A DNA stretch of 64,000 bases, from positions 17,429 through 81,428 of the forward strand of contig JAWXVA010000003.1 in NCBI GenBank assembly GCA_044425815.1, in the 5' to 3' direction. Below the pieces are notes generated by a model that saw nothing but the letters and a program-made list of their open reading frames with translations, ran no database searches and was not told the DNA's origin. Each line of letters opens with the position of its first letter. Position 1 is the first letter of the stretch. Below are positions 41,388 to 50,524 of the stretch, one piece after another. Source of the DNA: Eubacteriales bacterium. GTDB lineage: Bacteria; Bacillota; Clostridia; Lachnospirales; Lachnospiraceae. Made by a program: the position numbers and the translations under genes.

Positions 41388-42389
41388 TTACCATTCTATC
41401 GTACAACAACACTTTACACATACGGCCATTGTCATTGCGTTTATGATTGTTTTTTGTATGGTTAATTCCTTCGCACCACTCGCTACTATTGCACTTCTTT
41501 CACACACATTATCCACCCCAGTGATGGATTCAACGAATTCTGATTTCGAGAATTCTCCTTCTATATTCTTTAGTTCTTCTGCTGAATACGTAAGAAATTC
41601 TATCCCAAATTTCTTTGTAAAATGCAAGATTGCTTCTTCTTTTGACTTCAAGTCAATACTAGCAACTGCTGATACCAAGTGTAACGGAATCTGATTCTTT
41701 TCCAGTAATTCTAATAATTGACGCTCGAATAGCTGCGAATCTATACCTTTTCTACAGCCTATCCCAAGTACATATTTCTTTGGTGTCATCCATAGCGTCT
41801 GTTCAAAAACGCTCTTATAAGTTTCAGAAATCAAGATTCCTATCTTTCTATCTCTCTTATATGTCTCTTCTATAAAATCTGGTAAATTATGAATAGGATA
41901 GTCTGATACAACACCTACCTTTTCTCCTGCTAGCATTGCGGAAGAAATGCATTTGATGCGGTCTACATTCTGAATAAATAGTTGCTGTTTCTTTGCCCAT
42001 ACATCTACCGCAAACACATGATTAATATCTGTAGCTGTAGTGATAACTGGGGTTGCAGATATCACTTCGGCAAGTGTTTCTCCATACGCATTAGCGCCTC
42101 CAAGGTGTCCCGATAGAATAGGTATCACAAACTGCCCCAATTCATCCACCACCAATACAGCAGGATCCCGATCCTTCTCTTCTACAAATGGTGTGATTCC
42201 CCGAACGGCAATCCCCACTGCACCTACGAATATTAATAAGTTATTCTGTTTAAACCACTCTCCGACCTGCTCTCGCAAGCGTTTTGTTTTATAGTCTTGA
42301 ATTTGAATGGCACCAGAATATTCTCTAGCTATTCGCCCTGCCAATTCATGCCCTTTCGCACTAAAACTAAATATTACAATCGTATTCAT
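41388..42389 (-). CDS. cbiG: Cobalt-precorrin-5A hydrolase
   Basis: GAVGIAVR, DPAV.VVDE.G, LSGHLGGAN, VITTATD, GIGCRKG, NVCE.SA. Confidence 0.94.
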   Translation of the reverse strand: MNTIVIFSFSAKGHELAGRIAREYSGAIQIQDYKTKRLREQVGEWFKQNNLLIFVGAVGIAVRGITPFVEEKDRDPAVLVVDELGQFVIPILSGHLGGANAYGETLAEVISATPVITTATDINHVFAVDVWAKKQQLFIQNVDRIKCISSAMLAGEKVGVVSDYPIHNLPDFIEETYKRDRKIGILISETYKSVFEQTLWMTPKKYVLGIGCRKGIDSQLFERQLLELLEKNQIPLHLVSAVASIDLKSKEEAILHFTKKFGIEFLTYSAEELKNIEGEFSKSEFVESITGVDNVCERSAIVASGAKELTIQKTIINAMTMAVCVKCCCTIEW

Positions 42390-42411
42390 TATATTTCCTC
42401 ATACACCGTGT

Positions 42412-43164
42412 TTATCTTCCAGTTCTAAATTCATGGGTAAAACTTTCATCGTATAATTTTGATAACTCGTATTCATTTCCTAATATGTCACCAATCACAA
42501 TCAGTGCTGTCTTCGTGATATGATGTTCTTTTGCACAGGCTTCTAATTCACCTATCGTTGTGCGATACACGCGTTCGTCTGGCCAAGTTGCTTTGTACAC
42601 AATGGCTGCCTTTGTACACTCCTTGTATCCACCTGCTAAGAGCTCTACAACTAATTCTTTAATCAAAGATGAAGTTAAAAATAATACCATCGTTGCTTGG
42701 TGAGATGCCAGCAACCGTATCTTCTCTTTTTCTGGAACAGGGGTTCTACCTTCCATCCTTGTAAGAATGACGGTTTGACTCACAGCTGGTAACGTATATT
42801 CTACTTTAAGCGTTGCCGCTGCTCCACAGAAAGAACTAACACCTGGCACGACTTCATACTCCAACCCAAACGCATTCAATCGATCCATTTGCTCTCGAAT
42901 TGCTCCATAGATACTTGGATCTCCTGTGTGTAAACGTACGATAATCTTATCTTCCCCATCATCATTCTTTAGCACTTCCATGACTTCCTCTAATGTCATG
43001 CTTGCACTATTATGTATCTGACAGTTGGATTTACATGCTGTTAATAACTCTGGATTCACTAAAGAACCTGCATATATAACCGTATCTGCCTCTTTCAGTA
43101 GATTTGCTCCTTTTACAGTAATTAAATCGACTGCTCCTGGTCCTGCTCCGATAAAATAAATCAT
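42412..43164 (-). CDS. cbiF: Cobalt-precorrin-4 C11 methyltransferase
   Basis: GAGPGA.DLIT.KG, YAGSLV, RLHTGDPSIYGA, T.PAVSQTVI.TR, ATWPDE, S.LYD..F.H. Confidence 0.96.
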   Translation of the reverse strand: MIYFIGAGPGAVDLITVKGANLLKEADTVIYAGSLVNPELLTACKSNCQIHNSASMTLEEVMEVLKNDDGEDKIIVRLHTGDPSIYGAIREQMDRLNAFGLEYEVVPGVSSFCGAAATLKVEYTLPAVSQTVILTRMEGRTPVPEKEKIRLLASHQATMVLFLTSSLIKELVVELLAGGYKECTKAAIVYKATWPDERVYRTTIGELEACAKEHHITKTALIVIGDILGNEYELSKLYDESFTHEFRTGR

Positions 43165-43850
43165 GCTTGTCCTCCGTTTTCTCTTACTATAACGACTGAA
43201 AAATAACTACTTTCTTCTACTTCTTCTAAATTCGTATAAATCTTTTCGGTATCCATGCAACAGCATTCAACCATTTTTGCGTGCTGTATGAGTTCTTTCT
43301 CTTTCAACAGCTCAATAACTGGACCCAATTGTTTTCCACTTTTCATCAAAACTTTATTTCCATCTAATCCCAGTAGCGCCTCTGTATTTTCATACGATGC
43401 TGGAATAATATGCAGTGCTTCCTCTCTATCACAAAGCGATATATTCAATCTTGCTGCTACGGCACAAAAAGAAGGGATTCCATTAATAATAGTAGCTTGA
43501 TATCCTCGTTCTAACACCATACGATGCAGATACATATAGGTTGAATAAATAGTCGGATCTCCCAATGTGATAAACGCTAAATTATATCCGTTTTCTAATT
43601 CTTCGCAGATAATATCACAAGCTATTTTATGTGCTTTTGTTAAGGCTTCTTCATTTCTCGTCATAGGTAAATGACAAAATACCTTCTCTTTCTCTTGAAT
43701 GTAATCTTCCACGATTTTTAGTGCTGTTTTTTCTCCACCCATATCTGGGACGATGATTTTATCTGCATTCTGCAACGTTTCCACCGCCATTAACGTTAAT
43801 AACTTCTTATCTCCAGGTCCTACTCCTACTCCATACAATGTTCCACGCAT
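43161..43850 (-). CDS. cbiL: Cobalt-sirohydrochlorin C20 methyltransferase
   Basis: LYGVGVGPGD..LLT, PMT, TLGDP.IYST, GIPS, VLMK, YFS. Confidence 0.93.
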   Translation of the reverse strand: MRGTLYGVGVGPGDKKLLTLMAVETLQNADKIIVPDMGGEKTALKIVEDYIQEKEKVFCHLPMTRNEEALTKAHKIACDIICEELENGYNLAFITLGDPTIYSTYMYLHRMVLERGYQATIINGIPSFCAVAARLNISLCDREEALHIIPASYENTEALLGLDGNKVLMKSGKQLGPVIELLKEKELIQHAKMVECCCMDTEKIYTNLEEVEESSYFSVVIVRENGGQA

Positions 43851-43885
43851 GCTATTTCTCCTTATTTATCATCATTTAGACTACA

Positions 43886-45073
43886 CTAATGTACATCTTC
43901 CTGATGCTTGATTTGTTCTATAAATCGTCTCGCTTCTGGACTCTCAATTAGGATTCCATAACGATTAGAAAAACCTATAAATTCTATTTGCATCTCTTGT
44001 TTCACTCGATATGCTACATGAAACGCAATTTTTTCTTGAATGCGCTTATAAATTTCTCGCTCCAATCCTGTTCTTGAGATAATTTCATGCATATCATCTA
44101 CTGAAACAGTATCTTCAAGCTCTTTCAAATAGTCTAATTTCACTCCACACATCGCACTATGTGCAATCATAATTTCATGCCGCCCATCGGTCACTTTAGA
44201 ATGCGTATTCGTTGTTCCCGCCGCTAATTTTATCATTTTCCCTATGTGACCAACTACTAATACTTTTTTAAATCCACAATATACTGCATGATCCAGAAAT
44301 TCTCCCAGATAATTCGAATATTTCACCGCTTGATTCATATCAAGATTCAGAAATTCTCGTGCGAAATCTATCCCATAATTTCCTGGAGAAGCTAGTAATA
44401 TTTTATTTCTATCTTGTTGGTTCATTTCGATTTTGATTGTTTCAATAAGTGCAGATTCACTCATAGGTTCAACTACACCACTTGTGCCAAGAATCGAAAT
44501 GCCTCCGAGTATTCCCAGTCTCTCGTTGAATGTTTTTTTCGCAATCTTCTCACCTTCTGGAGCCCAAATCATTACACTTAATCCGCCTTTGTACCCTGCA
44601 AGATCCATTTCCTCTAATACGGCATGTTCTATCATTTTTCTAGGAACCTGGTTGATAGCCGCGGTTCCAACCTCACAAGATAATCCTCGTTTAGTGACTT
44701 TACCAATCCCTTCTCCCCCATCTATTATTACAAGGTTCGTATGGAACCCTTGGTTCTGTTCTATTTTACATTTCTCTATCCTTAATTTTTCTACCGTTGC
44801 ATAAATAAGCATCCCGTCTGTGACATCTGGGTCATCTCCACTATATTTTCTCACAGCACAAGTTGCTTTTGTTACTTCTAATTCCCCTTCCAATTTCCCT
44901 TCTAATATTCCAATATCAAAGGTAATTCCAGCGGGAACCTCTAGATTTATTGTTTGCACGAAGGATCCTGTAAAAATAGCTTTAGCAGCCGCTTTCGCCG
45001 CTGCTGTTGCACAACTTCCAGTTGTATAACCAATTTTCAACTTTTTTCCTTGCTTTACAATAAAATCCCTCAT
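43886..45073 (-). CDS. cbiD: Cobalt-precorrin-5B C1 methyltransferase
   Basis: GYTTGSCATAAAKAA, K.SGDDPDVTDG, AAIN.VPR, TFN.RLGI.GGISILGT.G.V.P.S, GH.GK..KLA.G..NTHS. Confidence 0.96.
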   Translation of the reverse strand: MRDFIVKQGKKLKIGYTTGSCATAAAKAAAKAIFTGSFVQTINLEVPAGITFDIGILEGKLEGELEVTKATCAVRKYSGDDPDVTDGMLIYATVEKLRIEKCKIEQNQGFHTNLVIIDGGEGIGKVTKRGLSCEVGTAAINQVPRKMIEHAVLEEMDLAGYKGGLSVMIWAPEGEKIAKKTFNERLGILGGISILGTSGVVEPMSESALIETIKIEMNQQDRNKILLASPGNYGIDFAREFLNLDMNQAVKYSNYLGEFLDHAVYCGFKKVLVVGHIGKMIKLAAGTTNTHSKVTDGRHEIMIAHSAMCGVKLDYLKELEDTVSVDDMHEIISRTGLEREIYKRIQEKIAFHVAYRVKQEMQIEFIGFSNRYGILIESPEARRFIEQIKHQEDVH

Positions 45074-45092
45074 TTGTATTCCTCTTTTTTAA

Positions 45093-45935
45093 TTAACAGC
45101 ATTCTTCTATACACTGTGTTAACTCTTGCATAGACCTTGGTTGTTCAATCGTAGAATCTAAGATTCCTTTTTTTTGTAGTCTCTTGAATATCTGAATCAC
45201 CATTGGTTGTTCTAGATTACACTGCTGTAACAAGGCTACATCCTCAAATACTTCTAGTGGATTTCCTGCTTTTAACAACATCCCCTCATGGAATAATAAT
45301 ACGGTATCTGCCCACTGTAGTGCATAGTCTACATCGTGAATCGCCATCATTACTGTGGTGCCTTGCTCAGATACTTGATTGATTAAACGCTTTACCATCG
45401 TTGTATGTTTCGGATCCAAGGCCGCTGTAGGTTCATCTAAAATCATCACTTCTGGATTCATTACTAAAATATCGGCAATCGATACTTGCTTTTTCTGCCC
45501 AACGCTTAATGCATGGGTTGGTTGCTGTCGAAATGGCGTGATTTCTAATTCTCTTATGACTTGTTCGACTTTCCCTCTTGCTGTCTCCTCGTCTACCCCC
45601 ATATTCAATATCCCAAATGAAATTTCTTGATAAACACTAGCAGAAAACAATTGAATATCTGGATCTTGGAACACAATTCCAATCTTACTTCTTAGATTCA
45701 ACAGTCCTTTCTTCGAATACTCAATCGGCTGTCCATGAAAGTACAGTACGCCACTTGATGGTCGATTAATTCCATTACAACACAAGAAAAATGTGGATTT
45801 TCCAGAACCATTGGCTCCCATCACGGCAACTTTTTCACCCTTTTTGATTTCTAATGTTAACTGGTTCAACGCATTTCTATTATCATTATCATAAGAATAA
45901 CAGAGCTTCTCTGCTTTAATAATTACTTCTTCCAC
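45093..45935 (-). CDS. cbiO: Cobalt ECF transporter ATPase
   Basis: GANGSGKST, VFQDPD.QLF, LSVGQKK, ILDEPTA.LDP. Confidence 0.92.
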   Translation of the reverse strand: MEEVIIKAEKLCYSYDNDNRNALNQLTLEIKKGEKVAVMGANGSGKSTFFLCCNGINRPSSGVLYFHGQPIEYSKKGLLNLRSKIGIVFQDPDIQLFSASVYQEISFGILNMGVDEETARGKVEQVIRELEITPFRQQPTHALSVGQKKQVSIADILVMNPEVMILDEPTAALDPKHTTMVKRLINQVSEQGTTVMMAIHDVDYALQWADTVLLFHEGMLLKAGNPLEVFEDVALLQQCNLEQPMVIQIFKRLQKKGILDSTIEQPRSMQELTQCIEECC

Positions 45936-45937
45936 TA

Positions 45938-46717
45938 TTAGAACACTCCCATCTTCACTATGATTCCAAGACCTATCAGTACTATCTCGAACATAACTAT
46001 CAGCATTGTGACCCTATGATTTGGCGGATTACTCTCATTTAGCACACCTAATTTCCCATTGTATCCACGAGACTCTATCGCATCAAATTGTTGGTTCGAC
46101 TTCTTAATTGCTCGAATAAATAAGATACTCACAAGTTGTGCAAATGAGCGCACGGATGTTTTGTAATCTTTATTTCCTAATCTTGCACGTTGTGCTATCC
46201 CTATGTTTGCTGCAACCTCTAATAAAATAAATATATATCGATACATAAGCATCATTAATTCCACAAATAAGCTAGGAACCTTCCATTGTTGCATCACTTT
46301 GAGTATCTCTGTCATAGGTGTTGTAAATGACACGAAATACAAACAAGTTACACTAGCAAGTGCAGTTAGTATTAATCGCCCTGCAAATCGTAAAACTTCT
46401 ACACTACAAGTGATATACATATTATGCATAGGTATGGCAAAAGCATCCATCGGTGTATGGGCGAAATTAGTAATCATTGCAAGGGTACTAAGAATCAAAA
46501 ACACCAAGGGTATCTTCAAATAATATAGAAAGCGGGCAAAAGACATCCCACTTTTTTCTATAATCAAATAGGTGTTTATAGACAAAACTACTAGTGCCAC
46601 GATACTCAATTGGCTTGCTACACACAAAAAAAGCGTCGTAACTGCATAAAGTATTTTCTGCTCTGTGTTCGAATATCTCAAGTTAGAATTATAGCATATT
46701 TTGTCTATTGATAACAT
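45938..46717 (-). CDS. cbiQ: Cobalt ECF transporter T component
   Basis: RALASV.CLYF..TTP, YRYIF, Q.ARLG, A.ESRGY.G. Confidence 0.9.
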   Translation of the reverse strand: MLSIDKICYNSNLRYSNTEQKILYAVTTLFLCVASQLSIVALVVLSINTYLIIEKSGMSFARFLYYLKIPLVFLILSTLAMITNFAHTPMDAFAIPMHNMYITCSVEVLRFAGRLILTALASVTCLYFVSFTTPMTEILKVMQQWKVPSLFVELMMLMYRYIFILLEVAANIGIAQRARLGNKDYKTSVRSFAQLVSILFIRAIKKSNQQFDAIESRGYNGKLGVLNESNPPNHRVTMLIVMFEIVLIGLGIIVKMGVF

Positions 46718-47055
46718 TATTTTTCTTCCCCGTACTTATCTATCCATTTTTTACGTTCCACGAAACCACCCATAATAAATGCTATGATTCCTACTCCGAT
46801 TCCCGTCTGAATGCAAAACAAAAGACTTTCAATTTCTCCTGGTATTTCTCCATCTAAATATGTTTCCAAAATCGGAGTAAACCATGGTTCATACTCCCCA
46901 TCAATCTCTGCTACCATTTGGCTTCCAGCGTCATCAGATCCACCAAATTCTGCTCCTTTTAACGCTAAGAAAGGAACTGCTGTAATCAAAACGGAAATGA
47001 TTATTAGTAAAATTATCAGTTTTTTATTGCTCTCATATTGTAATTCTTTCTCCAT
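46717..47055 (-). CDS. cbiN: Cobalt transport protein CbiN
   Basis: FGGSDD, Y.PWF.P, GEIESLLF..Q..IG.G.I. Confidence 0.92.
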   Translation of the reverse strand: MEKELQYESNKKLIILLIIISVLITAVPFLALKGAEFGGSDDAGSQMVAEIDGEYEPWFTPILETYLDGEIPGEIESLLFCIQTGIGVGIIAFIMGGFVERKKWIDKYGEEK

Positions 47056-47057
47056 TT

Positions 47058-47816
47058 TTATTCCTCTCCTTTCCAGTATCCAACAAGACGTAGCTCCGGC
47101 TTTGCATAGGTTTCTAACATTAAAATAATAATGACAGTTACTACGCCTTCTAAGATTGCAAGTGGTAATTGTGTTGGTGCAAATACACCGAGGAATTTCA
47201 AAAAGGAAGCTATCACGCCACCTTCTTGTGCAGGATAAGCAAGCGCTAATTGTAAACTAGTTACGCAATATGTAATTAAATCTCCCAAGGCTGCAGCTAA
47301 GAAAATACTTACTTTTTTATTTACCTTCATCTTCTGACATAGTTTGTATACACCATATGTAACAAATGGTCCTACAATTGCCATCGAAAATGTATTCGCA
47401 CCAAGAGTAGTAAGTCCTCCATGCGCCAATAAAATCGCCTGAAATATTAAAACTATAATCCCCAAAATACTAACCGAACTTGCTCCTAATAGAATTGCGC
47501 CAAGCCCTGTTCCAGTCATATGTGAACAACTTCCAGTAACTGAAGGAATCTTTAAGGATGAAATCACAAAAATAAAAGCGCCTGACATGGCAATCAGTGT
47601 CAATACTCTTCGATTCTCATCCACCTTTTTCTGGAGAGATCTAAACCCTATCATCAGCACTGGTATACATAGAATTCCCCATGCGATACAATAATTAATA
47701 GGTAGATACCCTTCCATAATATGCATTGCATTTGTTACTGGCACAACTACTTGACTCATTGCAATTACTCCTAATAAGACAATGACTCTTTGTTTGTTTT
47801 TACTCCACTTCTTCAT
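47058..47816 (-). CDS. cbiM: Cobalt ECF transporter S component with a leader peptide
   Basis: Leader then MHIMEGYLP, SVTGSCSH.TG.GL, AHGG.TTLGAN, FA.TQ.PLA. Confidence 0.96.
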   Translation of the reverse strand: MKKWSKNKQRVIVLLGVIAMSQVVVPVTNAMHIMEGYLPINYCIAWGILCIPVLMIGFRSLQKKVDENRRVLTLIAMSGAFIFVISSLKIPSVTGSCSHMTGTGLGAILLGASSVSILGIIVLIFQAILLAHGGLTTLGANTFSMAIVGPFVTYGVYKLCQKMKVNKKVSIFLAAALGDLITYCVTSLQLALAYPAQEGGVIASFLKFLGVFAPTQLPLAILEGVVTVIIILMLETYAKPELRLVGYWKGEE

Positions 47817-47881
47817 CCTTCTTTACCTCAACATCAAATATTTTATACTACTGACTCAGAACATAGAGCGATTTTCATTGC

Positions 47882-47917
47882 AATAAAAATAAAAAATCCA
47901 AGGAAACATTCCTTGGA
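47882..47917 (-). terminator. Attenuator terminator of the cobalamin riboswitch
   Basis: tccaaggaa-aca-ttccttgga stem plus a long T tract, about 65 nt before the cbiM ATG. Confidence 0.85.
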
Positions 47918-47974
47918 CGATAATCATATAAATTAGGATACAACAAAATGATGTCGTATGACCAATATGTACGC

Positions 47975-48165
47975 TCTTCCCTCACCGTCCGATTGCGATA
48001 TACATTTATCATAGGCAGGTTTCCTGACTTGGCTTCTAACCTACTCTATGCACCTTCCCGATTTCATCAGTGGTAACGCATATTTCGTAGCCCTTACAGT
48101 AGAGTGAGCTGTTCTGGATTTTGACCAGATTCCCTAATACTAAAAGTAACCTATACATGTATTCT
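47975..48165 (-). promoter_or_regulatory. Cobalamin (AdoCbl) riboswitch
   Basis: Minus strand: AGGTT...AGGGAA-TCTGGTCAAAATCCAGA-ACAG..ACTGTAA...CCACTG..GGGAAGG...AAGTCAGGAAACCTGCC (B12 box), directly upstream of cbiM. Confidence 0.93.
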
Positions 48166-48225
48166 AAACAATTATTAATACAATAACACACCGTAACTAA
48201 ATTCGTCAAGTTAGTGGTTTTCAAT

Positions 48226-49092
48226 TTACCAAGCTCCCGATGGCGATAGGTATTTATCAATCTGGGTTAATCGATTTTCTATAGAACTGCCTAAGGTTTG
48301 GCTTATCGCATTACACAGTACTTCTGTCACAAATTGCACTCCTATGTAAGAGTTAAAAAACGTATTACTATCGACTGACACTGTAAATAGTACCGTCGCA
48401 TACTGGGACAACAATGCACTCTGCTTATCTGTGATAACAATGATTTTAGCACCTTGTTCTACTGCCATTTGAATTGCTTGTTCATCTGTTTTTGAATACC
48501 GTGGAAACGAAAATACTATTATGCAATCTTCTGGTCCGATGTCACATATATGGTCTATGATATTGATTGCACCATAACTAGTGGAAATTACATTATCGAG
48601 CATATGCTTCAAATATAAGAGGCAATAATCACCTTGGCATGTATTGGCGCGTGATGCAAGGATGTATTTTCGTTTACTCTCTATAATCATTGTTGCTGCT
48701 TGGTCAAATTTTTCCTTACAATTATTTACGATACCATTTTCCAAATTATTTAACGTATTTTCAAAATGCGCCTCTATGTAATGTACCTGTTCTCCATCAT
48801 TCGAATGATTAATATACGCCAATCGTTCTGCTGGTACTGTAATCGCACTAGAGATACTGTTTACCTTGGTCTTGTAATATTTCTGTAGGTTCTTCTGAAA
48901 ATCTGCATAGCCATAATAACCTAGCGCTTTACTAAAACGAACCACTGATGATTCACTCACATTTAATTTCTGTGCGACATCTGCTGATGTCATAAAACAT
49001 ACCGATGCATAATGATCTAGTATAAATTCCCCTATGATTTTTCCTGTTTTCGTAAGCTTCGCTTCGTTAATTTCCGTCCTCAATGCTTTCAA
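48226..49092 (-). CDS. MurR/RpiR family transcriptional regulator, divergent from ald
   Basis: LTKT.K.I..FI, A..LNVSESSVVRF.K.LGY.GY.DFQ, FSFPRYS, ITD...A.L. TTG 49092 follows GAGGGA (track start 49191 is probably too long). Confidence 0.9.
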   Translation of the reverse strand: MKALRTEINEAKLTKTGKIIGEFILDHYASVCFMTSADVAQKLNVSESSVVRFSKALGYYGYADFQKNLQKYYKTKVNSISSAITVPAERLAYINHSNDGEQVHYIEAHFENTLNNLENGIVNNCKEKFDQAATMIIESKRKYILASRANTCQGDYCLLYLKHMLDNVISTSYGAINIIDHICDIGPEDCIIVFSFPRYSKTDEQAIQMAVEQGAKIIVITDKQSALLSQYATVLFTVSVDSNTFFNSYIGVQFVTEVLCNAISQTLGSSIENRLTQIDKYLSPSGAW

Positions 49093-49202
49093 TGTTAATC
49101 CCTCTTTTCTTGAAACCTTATCTTTATTTAAACATAAATGTGCAACAATCGCAACATCTGGATCACGCACAAATATTTCTCCGATATTCATTGTGAAATA
49201 TG

Positions 49203-49255
49203 TTGTATTTTTATATCTTATATGCTATTATTTCATCATAAATGATTGAAATAAT
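49203..49255 (+). promoter_or_regulatory. sigmaA promoter of ald with an overlapping inverted repeat
   Basis: TTGTAT(49203)-17 bp-TATTAT(49226) with TG extension; ATTATTTCA...TGAAATAAT at 49227-49255. Confidence 0.55.
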
Positions 49256-49306
49256 TCATTAATCTTAAAAAATGACTGTTAACATTCACAAATTGGAGGA
49301 ACAAAA

Positions 49307-50419
49307 ATGAAAGTAGGATGTGTAAAAGAAATTAAAAAACATGAGTATCGTGTAGGGATGACACCTGAGAATGTAATCGATTACAAAAATGCTGGTCATG
49401 AAGTTTGGATTGAGAAAGATGCTGGAACTGGTTCTGGATTCACAACAGAAGAATACGTAGAAGCAGGTGCGAAAATCTGTGATTCTGCCAAAGATATTTG
49501 GGACAATGTAGATATGTTAATTAAAGTAAAAGAACCATTGCCTGAAGAATATGCACTCTTCCATGAAGGTCTCATTCTATATACTTACCTTCATATAGCT
49601 GCAGATAAACCACAAATGGAAGCCTTAATGGCTTCTAAAGTAAAAGCAGTTGCATACGAAACACTTATGGAACGCAACGGTTCTCTTCCACTTCTAGCTC
49701 CAATGAGTCAAATCGCTGGACGCTTAAGTATTCAAGAAGGTGCGAAATACTTAGAAAAACCACTTGGCGGATCTGGTGTATTATTATCTGGTGTTCCTGG
49801 TACTCCAAGAGCGAATGTTCTAATTCTAGGTGCTGGTGTTGTTGGTCTTAATGCTTGTAAAATTGCTATCGGTATGGGAGCAAATGTTACAATCACAGAT
49901 ATCAATCTTGAAAGACTCGCTTATATTGACGATATCTATGGAGCAAAAGTACAAACAATGTATAGCACAGATGCAGCAATTGCAAAACTTGTAAAAACTG
50001 CTGACTTAGTAATCGGTTCTGTATTAATCCCTGGAAAACAAGCGCCAAAACTTATGAAAGAATCTTACTTAAAAACTATGAAACCAGGTTCGGTTATCGT
50101 GGACGTTGCTGTTGACCAAGGTGGTTGTTGTGAATCTACTAAAGTAACCTATCATGATGATCCAACTTACGTAGTTGACGGTGTGATTCACTATTGTGTT
50201 GGTAATATGCCAGGTGCTGTTCCAAGAACTTCTACTATCGCATTGACAAATGCCACATTAAGATACGGCTTACAAATTGCTGCGAAAGGGTTAGAAGATG
50301 CTTGTAAAGACAATCAAGTTATCTACTCTGCAATTAATACATACGATGGAAAGTTAACTTGTAAAAACGTAGCATTAAGCTTCAATATGGATTATGCAAA
50401 TCCTGCAGATTTATTCTAG
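49307..50419 (+). CDS. ald: Alanine dehydrogenase
   Basis: KEIK.HEYRV, KVKEP, TYLH.A, PLLAPMS..AGR, GAGVVG, DVAVDQGGC, HYCV.NMPGAVP.TST.ALTNAT. Confidence 0.97.
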   Translation: MKVGCVKEIKKHEYRVGMTPENVIDYKNAGHEVWIEKDAGTGSGFTTEEYVEAGAKICDSAKDIWDNVDMLIKVKEPLPEEYALFHEGLILYTYLHIAADKPQMEALMASKVKAVAYETLMERNGSLPLLAPMSQIAGRLSIQEGAKYLEKPLGGSGVLLSGVPGTPRANVLILGAGVVGLNACKIAIGMGANVTITDINLERLAYIDDIYGAKVQTMYSTDAAIAKLVKTADLVIGSVLIPGKQAPKLMKESYLKTMKPGSVIVDVAVDQGGCCESTKVTYHDDPTYVVDGVIHYCVGNMPGAVPRTSTIALTNATLRYGLQIAAKGLEDACKDNQVIYSAINTYDGKLTCKNVALSFNMDYANPADLF

Positions 50420-50467
50420 TTTGAACTAACTACTATTCATTACTTTCAGATACTTATTATAGCCACT

Positions 50468-50516
50468 AAAAAACTCCAACTAGTATGATGAATCAATCAT
50501 TACTGCTGGAGTTTTT
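50468..50516. terminator. Bidirectional terminator between ald and the nuclease gene
   Basis: aaaaaactcca...tggagttttt long imperfect hairpin with A and T flanks between convergent genes. Confidence 0.7.
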
Positions 50517-50524
50517 CTACGGTA

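Noticed and set aside
45093-45935. CbiO signature LSVGQ as a sign of inactivity
   Set aside because: ECF ATPases tolerate variation at this position (LSxGQ); Walker A and B are intact.
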